DNA of 53,859 nt from Candidatus Micrarchaeota archaeon. Its GTDB lineage: Archaea > Micrarchaeota > Micrarchaeia > Norongarragalinales > SBBD01. The notes beneath the pieces were generated by a model. It made no database searches, was not told where the DNA came from, and saw only the letters and a list, made by a program, of their open reading frames with translations. Where the stretch lies: contig JBBSVW010000023.1 in the NCBI GenBank assembly GCA_038046605.1, forward strand, positions 1 through 53,859, written 5' to 3'. Below, piece after piece: positions 19,087 through 28,410 of this stretch. Position numbers and translations under genes: made by a program. The first letter of the stretch is position 1. Every line of letters begins with the position of its first letter.

Positions 19087-19959
19087 ATGAAAATTAAACT
19101 AACAATATCGGCGATCGTAATGTTAGCCATATCCCTATCGTTAAATGCAACATCGGCATCTATCCTACCCATTCCAGATGAAATAACCTCAATACAATCT
19201 CCTCAAGGAGTCGATACGGAAAACTATACGGTAAGCGAAAACCAGCTCCTGGCATATAGCAAAACGTGGGGAGATACCCAGACAATGTGGTTTGTAATAA
19301 ACACAACAAGTAATCCTGGAAATATTTTTCCAGGTTTGCCTTCCGGGGCGACAATGCCTCCAGTCCGGGGATTTGCAACTCCGGTAAGCACTACTTTTTC
19401 TTGGACCCCAAATTTTTGTCAAAGCTCACCAACGCCTTATTCCTTTAAAGTAAAGTACTATTCTGATGGCACTATTTCACAAACAAATGTTACCAATATA
19501 AGTGTTACCAATGTCAATCGTGCACCATACATAACTACAAATCTAGACATCGATACGCCCCTTACACCCAATGGAAAGGTAATGGTTGCCGTAGGCGGAT
19601 ATCTAAACTATAACATTGTTGCAACCGATGATGACAATACGCAATGCAGCGAAAATGCATTCCTTGAACTGCCACTACCGTCAATGACTTCTTGGACTCA
19701 ACTTCAAGCAGCCTCACCAAACATCCTTGCAAATCCAGATCCTCAAACAATTAGCGGACAGCGGTCATTTACAATTGGCCCGTTCGATTCAACCCAAATC
19801 GGCTCTTGGAACCTCAAATTCTCAGTTAACGATGGAGGCACTGGAAACAACAATGGAACTTCCAATATGACCATAGTAGTTTACCAGCCATACGGATCGG
19901 GTTGCGCCCAAACCAAACTCAGCAAGTTGAACCGCAATAATCTAAGATATTGCACCTAA
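19087..19959 (+). CDS. secreted cadherin/He_PIG-like two-domain protein (A-B)
   Basis: Has a signal peptide. Domain A carries LPSGATMPP...FSWTPNFCQSSPTPYSFKVKYYSDG...ISVTNVNRAPYI (He_PIG/dystroglycan-type cadherin-like pattern). Domain B carries ATDDDN...FSVNDGG. The tail is YQPYGSGCAQTKLSKLNRNNLRYCT. Confidence 0.75.
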   Translation: MKIKLTISAIVMLAISLSLNATSASILPIPDEITSIQSPQGVDTENYTVSENQLLAYSKTWGDTQTMWFVINTTSNPGNIFPGLPSGATMPPVRGFATPVSTTFSWTPNFCQSSPTPYSFKVKYYSDGTISQTNVTNISVTNVNRAPYITTNLDIDTPLTPNGKVMVAVGGYLNYNIVATDDDNTQCSENAFLELPLPSMTSWTQLQAASPNILANPDPQTISGQRSFTIGPFDSTQIGSWNLKFSVNDGGTGNNNGTSNMTIVVYQPYGSGCAQTKLSKLNRNNLRYCT

Positions 19960-19983
19960 TTTTTCCTTTTTTTTCTATTTTCT
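19960..19983 (+). terminator. T-rich tract after 19087..19959
   Basis: TTTTTCCTTTTTTTTCTATTTTCT lies immediately after the TAA stop. Confidence 0.35.
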
Positions 19984-20122
19984 CTAATGGAGCTAATTAA
20001 CCATCGAATCGAATGGCAGTGGTTCGATAGGCTAAGAAATACAACAAATATTGCTATTTTTTTCATACCACTAGGTTTTAATTTGGCAAATGAATCATTA
20101 TTTTACCCACAGTGCCCAAAAT

Positions 20123-21547
20123 ATGAAAAAATACGCCATTTTTCTAGTATTTGCATTATTCATATTTGGGTGTACTGGACGGGCGTTCAATTTGAAGGAG
20201 GCACCGGTTTTGGAGGATAATACACCTGTGGAGAATATTCAAAGTAACCCCGGAGATGGAAGTCCTCCTGCAGCCGGTACTGATGAACAATACTATACTA
20301 TAATTGAAAATGGGCAACTCACAATAGAATCTAATTGGGGAAATTCAGAAACAATGTGGTTTAACATAACTTCTGATAGCAATCCATCAGGAAATCCGCC
20401 GGGATTGCCACCAGGCGCGACTATGCCTTGGGCGAATGGATTTTCTACACCAATAACGACATCTTTTTCTTGGACCCCATCAAATTGTCAGAGTAAAAAT
20501 AGTCAATATTCATTCAAAATAAAATTTTGGTCTGATAACAGCCCCTCTCAAACAAATGTTACCAATATAACTGTTATCAACGTCAACCGCCCCCCAACCA
20601 TCACCGGCTACCCGAATTGGGGAAGGGAGGTAGTGCACCTGAATGACGGATATGCCTTGGAATACGTCATAACGCCCCAAGATATTGACAAAGAGGAATG
20701 CGGCGATGACACCGTAGATCTAAGCTATAGCCTTGCATCCGCGGGCTATTCCTTGCTTACCAACAATCAGGGAACCTATCGCTTCCTTTGGATCCCTATT
20801 GCCGCCGACGATGGCAAGCACGAACTTAGGTTTTGGGCATCCGACCAAACATCCGGTTCCGAATACAAGAAATTTACGGTCTATGTGCACAGGCGCTTCC
20901 TTGATTGGAACGCAACGGAAAATTCCACATTCACCTACTCGGATATTATGAATGGCTCAAATTCCTCTGAATCCTTATCCATCCAGCCTGGCAACTTGCC
21001 CCAAGGCGCAACAATGCCGCAGGTATCCGGAATGGGCGCCATTCAATCCCGATTCAGCTGGACCCCAACTTTTTGTCAAACAAGCAATATCCCATATGAA
21101 TTTACGGTGGACCATTACATTAACGGGCAAAAAGCATACGAAAACGTGCATTCCATGCGGGTAAACAACACAAACCGCCCACCAATCATCCAAACGTCCG
21201 CTCCGGCAACTGTTAGCGTGAAAATTGGCGAGAGAGTGACTTTGACATTCAACAAATCCGATCCCGACAGGGATGTTTGCCATGATGATACGGTTAGCTG
21301 GGGGCAGGTGAATTTGCTCCCCAAGAGGAATCCAACGGCATTTGATTATAGCTATTCCGGCACAAACAATGATGTTCTCACCTGGACATGGAAGCCAATG
21401 GTGGATGGGGATATTGGCTCCTACAACCTAACGATTGTTGCCGACGATGGGAAGGGCAAATTCACAAACAAATTGATCAAAATCACCGCCTACAAGCCTG
21501 CTTCCTCATCAGGCTGCGGAGGGAAGTTCCAAAAGCCGTGCACATAG
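20123..21547 (+). CDS. lipobox-bearing cadherin/He_PIG-like four-domain protein (A-B-A-B)
   Basis: MKKYAIFLVFALFIFGCTG is a lipoprotein-like signal. Two copies of the FSWTP..CQ....Y.F......NVNRPP domain alternate with two acidic cadherin-like domains. The tail is YKPASSSGCGGKFQKPCT. Confidence 0.75.
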   Translation: MKKYAIFLVFALFIFGCTGRAFNLKEAPVLEDNTPVENIQSNPGDGSPPAAGTDEQYYTIIENGQLTIESNWGNSETMWFNITSDSNPSGNPPGLPPGATMPWANGFSTPITTSFSWTPSNCQSKNSQYSFKIKFWSDNSPSQTNVTNITVINVNRPPTITGYPNWGREVVHLNDGYALEYVITPQDIDKEECGDDTVDLSYSLASAGYSLLTNNQGTYRFLWIPIAADDGKHELRFWASDQTSGSEYKKFTVYVHRRFLDWNATENSTFTYSDIMNGSNSSESLSIQPGNLPQGATMPQVSGMGAIQSRFSWTPTFCQTSNIPYEFTVDHYINGQKAYENVHSMRVNNTNRPPIIQTSAPATVSVKIGERVTLTFNKSDPDRDVCHDDTVSWGQVNLLPKRNPTAFDYSYSGTNNDVLTWTWKPMVDGDIGSYNLTIVADDGKGKFTNKLIKITAYKPASSSGCGGKFQKPCT

Positions 21548-21589
21548 GCGGATGGGTTATCTGACGGCCAATCAGGAAAAAAATCACAA

Positions 21590-24500
21590 TCACTCCAATG
21601 CTGGAATAATTTTTTCTGTTGGTTTGGCGGAAGGAACCGGAGTTGGGGAGGCCGCAGGTGTTGGCGAGGGATTTGAAGTCGGGGAAGGCATCGGTGTTGG
21701 TGTAGGTACGGGTGTTGGCGAAGATAGGGGGATCCAGCCCATGCGCCTGCCTTCCAAATCAGCGCCTTTTGCCTCAACGAACTTAAGGCCAACAGGCAGG
21801 GAACGGAATTTGAGCAGGGCTATGGTGTTCCTGCCGAAAGGCAGGGGCGTTTCCGAATCGACATAACCAAGCGTCAAATTTTTGCCCTGAACCCGCTCAT
21901 ATGAATCTATATTCGCAGCGGCTGCTTGTGAAACCGCGCCCAGATATTCAGCAGAAACATCGTATGCAATATCGAGCTGGAGCGCTCCGGCATTGGAAGC
22001 GAATTCTGTCTCGACCGGGATGTAAGTAATGCCATCAGCGGAATATGGGGTGCCGAGTGAGGCCGCGAATGTGCTTGATGAGGGAGCGGACGTTACGCAA
22101 CCCGGCTCAGGCGCGCCGCGGAAAACGTGATTGATGAGATGGACTACGTCGAATATGTCATGAACCCCATTCGCGTCAAGATCCCCGATCCACAAAGGCT
22201 GCGGGGGGGCGCCATTCCGGAAGACGTAATTTATCAGCAAAACAACGTCGAAAATGTCCCGCAAACCGTCAGAGTTTATGTCCCCGCACTCCGGCGGCTT
22301 TATTGAAAAGCTGCCGAGCCAATCTATAGCATTAGCAACCAACAGGTTTCGCGCACTTTTGTCGGTTATTGAATCCACAGAAAATCCAAAATAAGCCATT
22401 GCCTTCGTACCCTGCAACGAGGCGAGGATTGCAGATTGCCTTCCCTGCCAGTTGCCAATTGAAATGCTGCTTCCTATTGGCAGCAATGAATCGGGAAACG
22501 GGGAGAGGCTGCCGTTTATCGTGATGTCGGGCACTCCGTAAGTGATATTATGCGGCTGAAGTAAAATAAATTCAGATTCGGCTGCATGAAAATCCTCATG
22601 CAAAGCGCTTATTAATAGCTCTCCCATTACCGCCTCTCCCTTATGGTCGTAACCGAAATCCGCTCCTTCGTATATGACATTTCCGGAATATTGCCTCAGG
22701 AAATTCGCGTCTTCCTCTGATATCAAAGTGGAAAAGTAATCGCCGCCGCTCCAAATCAGCACGGGATATGCGTTTGCAGCCTGCAAATCCGGAAGCCCAT
22801 TTTGAGCTTCTCTCCAGCGCTTTACGCAATGGCCGCCATATTCTGCAGCTTCCTTCAGTGCTGAGAAACTGCTGGGGCTGTCCGTTAATGCGCCTTCCGT
22901 GTCATCGTCTTCGACGATAAGAACCCCAAATTTATCGCAAGTGAATAGTTCAGTTTCGTACTGGTTATTTGAGTAATCGAGTTCAGGGGAACTTGTAGAG
23001 ACTTCCAATATAAGGTGGTGGGTTCCAGCAGAGGAAGCCTGAAAGTTGAAAACGGCGGTTTCCTCCTTGCCTTTCCGAACCAGTAGATCCATCTCATCAA
23101 CAAGCGCTCCGTCAAGATATGCCTTCAATATTGCCTGTGCATCTGTTCCGCCGGCATTGCTTATATTTGCACTTATAATTGCGAGTTCCCTATCTACCTC
23201 AACAGAGACGGCGCCTATGCCTAATTCGGGCTGGATGCTGGCGACCTGCACTTCAGATGACCAGAAATTATTCAAATAGTGCGATTCTTTGATGAAGGAC
23301 CCTTCAGCAAGCCTTAGTTCAAGAAGGTGCTTTCCGGGTGTCAACGAAATAGTAAAATTGATTGTCGAATTCCGGCTTAAAACGGGGACGTTTCCACTTG
23401 CTTTCTCGATGCCGTCGACGAATAATTTTGCCGCATATGTTCCGGAAGCGACGAGTAACCCTAAGTTCCCAACGAGGAATTCCAATTTATTATTCCCTTC
23501 CACTAGATAAGGGAGGGCGACTCCAATGACGGCGAAATCCGGCGAATTTTGGCGGGTGGAAGAAAGCCAGCCATATGCATCCAGGACGATGGATTGCGCA
23601 ACTGGCTTTCCGAGAGCATTGAGCGAGAAGGGGAAAATTGCCGATTTGCCTATTGATTCATTCACAACAATTGCGGCACTTTGGTCTGCCCAAACCGCTA
23701 CTGGCGTACCGGCCATTGCCTCCAAAGAGTCGGGGTAGGGAGAAATGGTTCCATTGACCTGGGAACCGTTTGCCAACGAGGATAGAAGCCGATGATTGTG
23801 GATTTTATAGATTGGTGCGGTATTTGCAACCCCTAGATTCAGTTCATTGCTGTAGGAAGCGCCTAGTGAAGCCATGAGCGAATCCGCCCTGTGCCTGAAA
23901 GCTACATCCTCCCCCACTAAAAGAACGCCTCCGCCGGAAGATAAATAATCCGCAATTGCCACCGCCCCTTCATCATTCACATTTCGATTGAATAACCGCC
24001 CTGCATCCCAAAAGACGGCCTTGAACCGCTTCATGTAATTTGCATCAGGAGCGCCGCCCCATCTTTCATTCCAAAGCGCCAGGCACATATTATCGAGTGC
24101 GGCAAGGTATGGTGATTTGTCCGAAAGCTCATCCTCATATACAAGGAGTGCGTTCTTAGGGCTGCATGAATTCACTTTAAATGTTTTTTCAGGGGACGTT
24201 ACGCAATTGCCTTCCTGGTCGCAAAGCTCGTAATAGTAGAAATATGTGCCGGTGACCGAAGTGCCCGTAAATGCACCGGAAAATGTCCGTAAATTTCCTA
24301 TTTTCCTCCGTTCGAGCAGAGGATATGAGAAATTTTGTTGGTTGGGCGAGTATATGTGGGCAACCGCATTGACGGAGGAGAGATCAAAGAGCTCAAGTTT
24401 CGTCTCAAAAGGCGCATTGAGGGGGATCGCAGCTGAAGAGGAATCATCAATTATTGCGGGCGGTGCCGTATCCAAAACAATCATGTTCATAATTACCTCC

Positions 24501-26293
24501 GCATTGTTTCCGGAGTAGGTTGCCATCGCTCGTGCCTGTTTCGTTCCGACGGAGGTCGCGTTCCAGCTGAAATTGGCGCTGAAGTTACCTCCTGCAATCA
24601 CATCAGTGAGAACCGTATCCTGGCTGAAAATTACAGTGCCATTATCTATAACGGCGAAGGCGAGGATGGTTTGCAAGGTTGTGTTTCCTTGATTCTCAAA
24701 TAAAATGGTGGGATTCGCAACTTCCCCAAAGTCAATGGTTGCGGGAATATCGTATAGGGTTAATCGGCCGTCAGTGTTCGGCAACGGAAATACCTCGAAA
24801 TTAGAAATCAACTGATGCGTATTTCCCTGGAAATCTCGAACGTTCACAATAATGGCGTAATTACTAACGTCTAGTGTATTGCTGAAAACAGCCTTCCAAT
24901 GGGTAGAGTTCAGTTTGTTGAAGCTAATATTGACGGAATTGTTGGATGGGGTTAAGACGCTTCCGCTAAGAGTGATATTCTGATCGTTTGTGACCAGAAA
25001 AATATCGATAGGCGAATTTGCCGATATGGAGCGGGAATGTTCAAGCCGGTATTTCAAGATCAAATTTACGTTTTCAGGAAGAAGCTTGCTACAGTCAACT
25101 AAGCCAGAGCCGAATTGTACATCCTTGCCGGCAGAGCCCAGATCTATTGCGGTTGTTTCAAGTAGGTATTTTACTTCCGGGGGAGTAAGGCGGGGATTTT
25201 GTTGCAGCAGTAACGCAGCCAACCCGGAAACATGGGGCGCTGCCATGCTAGTACCGCTGTCGGTCCCAAATAAGCCTCCCGGAAGAGAGGAATTAATGAA
25301 TACTCCCGGCGCAACGACATCAGGTTTCATGTAGGTGCCCAAGGCTGCACCTGATGAAAAACACGCCCATTGATTGTATTTGTCAACAGCCCCCACGGAT
25401 ATTGCATCAGGAGAGTTGCCGGGCGTGCCAATTCCCACATACCCGTTGCAGCTTATGGATGGGCAACCAACGCCGCAATTTCCAGCGGAAACAACTACGG
25501 TTGCACCCGAAGAAACCGCATCACTGACAGCTGATAATATGGGGGAAACCAAGTTATTGTACGCCCCTCCCAAGCTCATGGAAATTATATCTGCACCATC
25601 ACCGGTTGAAACGTTATTGTCTGGATTTAATGCCCAATTGATCCCTGCAATGATGTCAGCCTCGTAACCGTTTCCGGCATTGTCCAGCACCTTGCCATTG
25701 AGAATGGATGCACCAGGCGCTACCCCCCTAAGTACGCCGTTCCCGGCCGCGATACCCGCCACATGAGTGCCATGACCGTTCCCATCCTGCCAACTTGCCT
25801 CCCCTGTAAAAACTTTGTTGGCGACAATTCGCCCTGCAAACATGGGATGGCTGGTATCGATTCCCGTATCAAGTATGGCCACCCTCACCCCTGTTCCGTC
25901 ATAACCAGCAGACCATAGATCATCCGCATTTATTTGAAGGGCGCTTCCCGACAACTGAATATGAAATATCCGGTTTGGGGATACCGACTTGACATAATTT
26001 AATTTTGCTATTTCCGGAAGCTTGCCTGCGGGAATTTCGGCATAAATGATATCACCAATTTTGAATTCGGACTTGACTTTACCCCCATTTGAAATAATGG
26101 AATCCTTCATTAATTGCATCGATGCTTCGCTTGATGCTGAAAATAATACCGGCACAGTTTGGGCTGGTTTCGACTTTGATAATTCCTTAAGTTCTCCTTG
26201 GATTTTCGTATAGGTGACGCTTTCCGCCTGCTGACCTGAGGCATGGATTGCACTAATCAGGAAAAGTAAAATGACAGCCAGCATGAATCTCAT
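21590..26293 (-). CDS. secreted S8 subtilisin-like serine protease with long C-terminal extension (CARDB-like, two flavodoxin/GATase-like repeats, dockerin pair, cohesin-like module, PT-rich tail)
   Basis: Signal MRFMLAVILLFLISAIHASG and an I9-like propeptide. Catalytic motifs are AILDTGID (Asp), HGTHVAG (His) and GTSMAAPHVSG (Ser). Dockerin repeats are DINSDGLRDIFDVVLLINYVF and DLDANGVHDIFDVVHLINHVF. The C-terminus is SSPTPVPTPTPMPSPTSNPSPTPAASPTPVPS. Confidence 0.9.
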   Translation of the reverse strand: MRFMLAVILLFLISAIHASGQQAESVTYTKIQGELKELSKSKPAQTVPVLFSASSEASMQLMKDSIISNGGKVKSEFKIGDIIYAEIPAGKLPEIAKLNYVKSVSPNRIFHIQLSGSALQINADDLWSAGYDGTGVRVAILDTGIDTSHPMFAGRIVANKVFTGEASWQDGNGHGTHVAGIAAGNGVLRGVAPGASILNGKVLDNAGNGYEADIIAGINWALNPDNNVSTGDGADIISMSLGGAYNNLVSPILSAVSDAVSSGATVVVSAGNCGVGCPSISCNGYVGIGTPGNSPDAISVGAVDKYNQWACFSSGAALGTYMKPDVVAPGVFINSSLPGGLFGTDSGTSMAAPHVSGLAALLLQQNPRLTPPEVKYLLETTAIDLGSAGKDVQFGSGLVDCSKLLPENVNLILKYRLEHSRSISANSPIDIFLVTNDQNITLSGSVLTPSNNSVNISFNKLNSTHWKAVFSNTLDVSNYAIIVNVRDFQGNTHQLISNFEVFPLPNTDGRLTLYDIPATIDFGEVANPTILFENQGNTTLQTILAFAVIDNGTVIFSQDTVLTDVIAGGNFSANFSWNATSVGTKQARAMATYSGNNAEVIMNMIVLDTAPPAIIDDSSSAAIPLNAPFETKLELFDLSSVNAVAHIYSPNQQNFSYPLLERRKIGNLRTFSGAFTGTSVTGTYFYYYELCDQEGNCVTSPEKTFKVNSCSPKNALLVYEDELSDKSPYLAALDNMCLALWNERWGGAPDANYMKRFKAVFWDAGRLFNRNVNDEGAVAIADYLSSGGGVLLVGEDVAFRHRADSLMASLGASYSNELNLGVANTAPIYKIHNHRLLSSLANGSQVNGTISPYPDSLEAMAGTPVAVWADQSAAIVVNESIGKSAIFPFSLNALGKPVAQSIVLDAYGWLSSTRQNSPDFAVIGVALPYLVEGNNKLEFLVGNLGLLVASGTYAAKLFVDGIEKASGNVPVLSRNSTINFTISLTPGKHLLELRLAEGSFIKESHYLNNFWSSEVQVASIQPELGIGAVSVEVDRELAIISANISNAGGTDAQAILKAYLDGALVDEMDLLVRKGKEETAVFNFQASSAGTHHLILEVSTSSPELDYSNNQYETELFTCDKFGVLIVEDDDTEGALTDSPSSFSALKEAAEYGGHCVKRWREAQNGLPDLQAANAYPVLIWSGGDYFSTLISEEDANFLRQYSGNVIYEGADFGYDHKGEAVMGELLISALHEDFHAAESEFILLQPHNITYGVPDITINGSLSPFPDSLLPIGSSISIGNWQGRQSAILASLQGTKAMAYFGFSVDSITDKSARNLLVANAIDWLGSFSIKPPECGDINSDGLRDIFDVVLLINYVFRNGAPPQPLWIGDLDANGVHDIFDVVHLINHVFRGAPEPGCVTSAPSSSTFAASLGTPYSADGITYIPVETEFASNAGALQLDIAYDVSAEYLGAVSQAAAANIDSYERVQGKNLTLGYVDSETPLPFGRNTIALLKFRSLPVGLKFVEAKGADLEGRRMGWIPLSSPTPVPTPTPMPSPTSNPSPTPAASPTPVPSAKPTEKIIPALE

Positions 26294-26364
26294 AATTATC
26301 CCGTCGTCAGGAACGACCACCAAGGCTTTTCAATAACCTAGTTCAATGCCTTTATTCTCATGAT

Positions 26365-28410
26365 TTAACCAACTTTCCATGCCCTCATCTCTTCCACGAG
26401 CCACTTTCTTAATTTTTCTAACTTTTCGGGGAGGGGCCTTTGAGGCATGACTCCCGCACTAAACCTAACGATCACTTTAACCTCTGGATTTTCATCCCTT
26501 GCTGCTCCGATCTCCCTGCTCAAGACTTTTTGCAAAGCTGCAGCGTCATATTCGTGCCCGTTTAATTCAGTCTTATCTTCGCCCCAATAATAATTAATGT
26601 AAAAATGCTTCCAACCAATATATTTTTCCAATTTTGGATACACTTTGCTTTCTTCCTCCCAATTTGCGGAAAATAGCATTGGCAACTTGGAAGGAACTAA
26701 TAAGATCCCGTTTTCCAGCTGCTCAACCCTGAAAGCAGGTGCGGAGAGGAGCTTTTCCTTGCCTATTTTCTCAACTATCGATGAGGAATAGAAGTTGAGC
26801 CAGAAGAACAGTTTATGAACATTCGGCGGTGCCTCCCCCTTCGAGAGGTTTTTATAAAGTTCGTCCCAATCATCGATTGACCCTATTTCGAACCGTGTTT
26901 GGTCGCCTGTTCCATAAAATCCTGCTTTTCCCAAAGATCTCCAAATCGCCTTTGCTAATTCAATTAATCTCTCGCTTCTTATCTCATACTCATGAAGTTT
27001 TGTTTCCCGTTCCTTCTCGTCCCCGATATACTTCAAATTATATACATCATATAAGGGGAAGTTGTAAACCGCTAACGAGACTTGAATTATGGGTGCGAGG
27101 GGCGAATTATTTATAGATAAGTGTAGAAGAGACGGAGGGGAGCTTTCAGGATCAGGTGAGTCTAAAAACCAAACTCCGGTTTTTCCTGTGGATAATTCCC
27201 TGATGGCTTGCCCTAATGTCAACTCCGAAACATCCTCATAGCCCCTTAAGTGATAGCTAGGCATCGGGCTTTGATTAGCATCGGATAAACCCGTACTTAC
27301 TCTTTTCGCTATTTCGACTGAAGATATCCTATTTGAAGGGCAATAAAAGTGAAGTTGCAAATCATCGTAAAATTCGGCATTCCTTTGAACCCTCCATGCC
27401 CCCATCTCATCGAGCAGCCACCTTCTTAATTTCTCGAATTTTTCTGGCAACGGCCTTTCTTTGGCGTACCAATAGTTAAGTCTCACAAATATCCTCAATT
27501 CTGGATTTTTCATTCTCGCTTCGCCGATCTCTACCTTGAGAATATCTTGCAACGCAGCGACAGTGTAAGCCCTATCCCGCCATTCCGCTTTGTCCTCTCT
27601 ATTACCTATTTCTATGAAAATATGCATCCATCCGAAAAATTTATATGCCTCTTCATATTGCGTATAAAAATTAGGAGGTGAAGCTGGGTCGCAGCTATGA
27701 GGCAATTTTGACAGCATTAGCACAAACCCATTTTCAAGCTGTTCCGCTCTATTCGCGGGTGCGGAGAAGAGCTTTTCCTTGCCTATTTTCTCAACTAGCG
27801 ATGGGGAATAGAAGTTGAGCCAATAGATTTTAGGGCTTGCATCCGGAGTGACCCTTTCCTTTGAAAGATTGCGTTCGAAAAATATGTTATCTGGAAAATC
27901 TAGTCGCAAAGCCCAATAATAGTCAACTTTTCCATAAAGAGCGTTTTTTCCTAAAGAATTCCAAATGGCCTTAGCTAATTCAAGGACTCTTTCACCTCTC
28001 GATTCATATTCTCCAAGTTTTTTATCAAATTCCTTTGGGTCTTTAACGCCCCTAAGACTGAGGGCATCAAGGGCAGATTTGTGGAAAGATAAGTGGACAT
28101 CATAAATTCCCTCATAATTCCATAGGGTGATGCCGAGACTCATTTCGGTTCCAAACCTTATGGCCGAATCCTCACGGTCAACAAATCCTACAGACTCCCC
28201 AATCGTGATGCTCCCATTTCTTTCTTCATGGGATAGCGTTTTAATCGCTTTAGCGACCGTCATTTTTGGAAGGCCTTTAAACTCTTCGGTAATGTTGCTG
28301 AACTCAAAACCATTTTCAAGCAAAGCCGATACTACTCTTTCAGCTAATTTTTTTATATCAATATTCTTAGAAGATGAATAAAAATGCAGCCATATGTCAG
28401 TCTCGCTCAT
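26365..28410 (-). CDS. cytoplasmic protein, internal tandem duplication 2 x (A+B); the A modules are homologous to the 233-aa protein at 29294..29995 (candidate immunity/partner fusion)
   Basis: No signal peptide. Residues about 1-250 and 345-590 align with each other and with the 233-aa protein (MSETDIWLHFYSS / LQLHFYCPS / MSDNDIVIHVFVG; YWLNFYSPSLVEKIGKEKLFSAP / FWLNFYSSSIVEKIGKEKLLSAP / YWLEIYSNELLGKVKF; QLENGFVLMLSKLP / QLENGILLVPSKLP / KLENGVFLLASPLP). The B modules are also duplicated (RPLPEKFEKLRRWLLDEMGAWRV / RPLPEKLEKLRKWLVEEMRAWKV). The start overlaps the upstream stop (ATGA). Confidence 0.85.
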   Translation of the reverse strand: MSETDIWLHFYSSSKNIDIKKLAERVVSALLENGFEFSNITEEFKGLPKMTVAKAIKTLSHEERNGSITIGESVGFVDREDSAIRFGTEMSLGITLWNYEGIYDVHLSFHKSALDALSLRGVKDPKEFDKKLGEYESRGERVLELAKAIWNSLGKNALYGKVDYYWALRLDFPDNIFFERNLSKERVTPDASPKIYWLNFYSPSLVEKIGKEKLFSAPANRAEQLENGFVLMLSKLPHSCDPASPPNFYTQYEEAYKFFGWMHIFIEIGNREDKAEWRDRAYTVAALQDILKVEIGEARMKNPELRIFVRLNYWYAKERPLPEKFEKLRRWLLDEMGAWRVQRNAEFYDDLQLHFYCPSNRISSVEIAKRVSTGLSDANQSPMPSYHLRGYEDVSELTLGQAIRELSTGKTGVWFLDSPDPESSPPSLLHLSINNSPLAPIIQVSLAVYNFPLYDVYNLKYIGDEKERETKLHEYEIRSERLIELAKAIWRSLGKAGFYGTGDQTRFEIGSIDDWDELYKNLSKGEAPPNVHKLFFWLNFYSSSIVEKIGKEKLLSAPAFRVEQLENGILLVPSKLPMLFSANWEEESKVYPKLEKYIGWKHFYINYYWGEDKTELNGHEYDAAALQKVLSREIGAARDENPEVKVIVRFSAGVMPQRPLPEKLEKLRKWLVEEMRAWKVG
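26738..26802 (-). repeat. near-identical 65-nt patch, copy 1 of 2 (partner at 27758..27822)
   Basis: GGTGCGGAGAGGAGCTTTTCCTTGCCTATTTTCTCAACTATCGATGAGGAATAGAAGTTGAGCCA differs at 3 positions from the copy exactly 1020 nt upstream. The flanking codons of the two halves are far more diverged. Confidence 0.85.
27758..27822 (-). repeat. near-identical 65-nt patch, copy 2 of 2
   Basis: See 26738..26802. The offset of 1020 nt equals 340 codons, so the patch is in frame. Confidence 0.85.

Noticed and set aside
21623-21724. GGTGTTGG-type tandem DNA repeats (also 18170..18230 and 52490..52530)
   Set aside because: They lie in frame within long ORFs and encode Pro/Thr-rich or Gly/Ser-rich interdomain linkers. 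They are not independent satellite or regulatory repeats.
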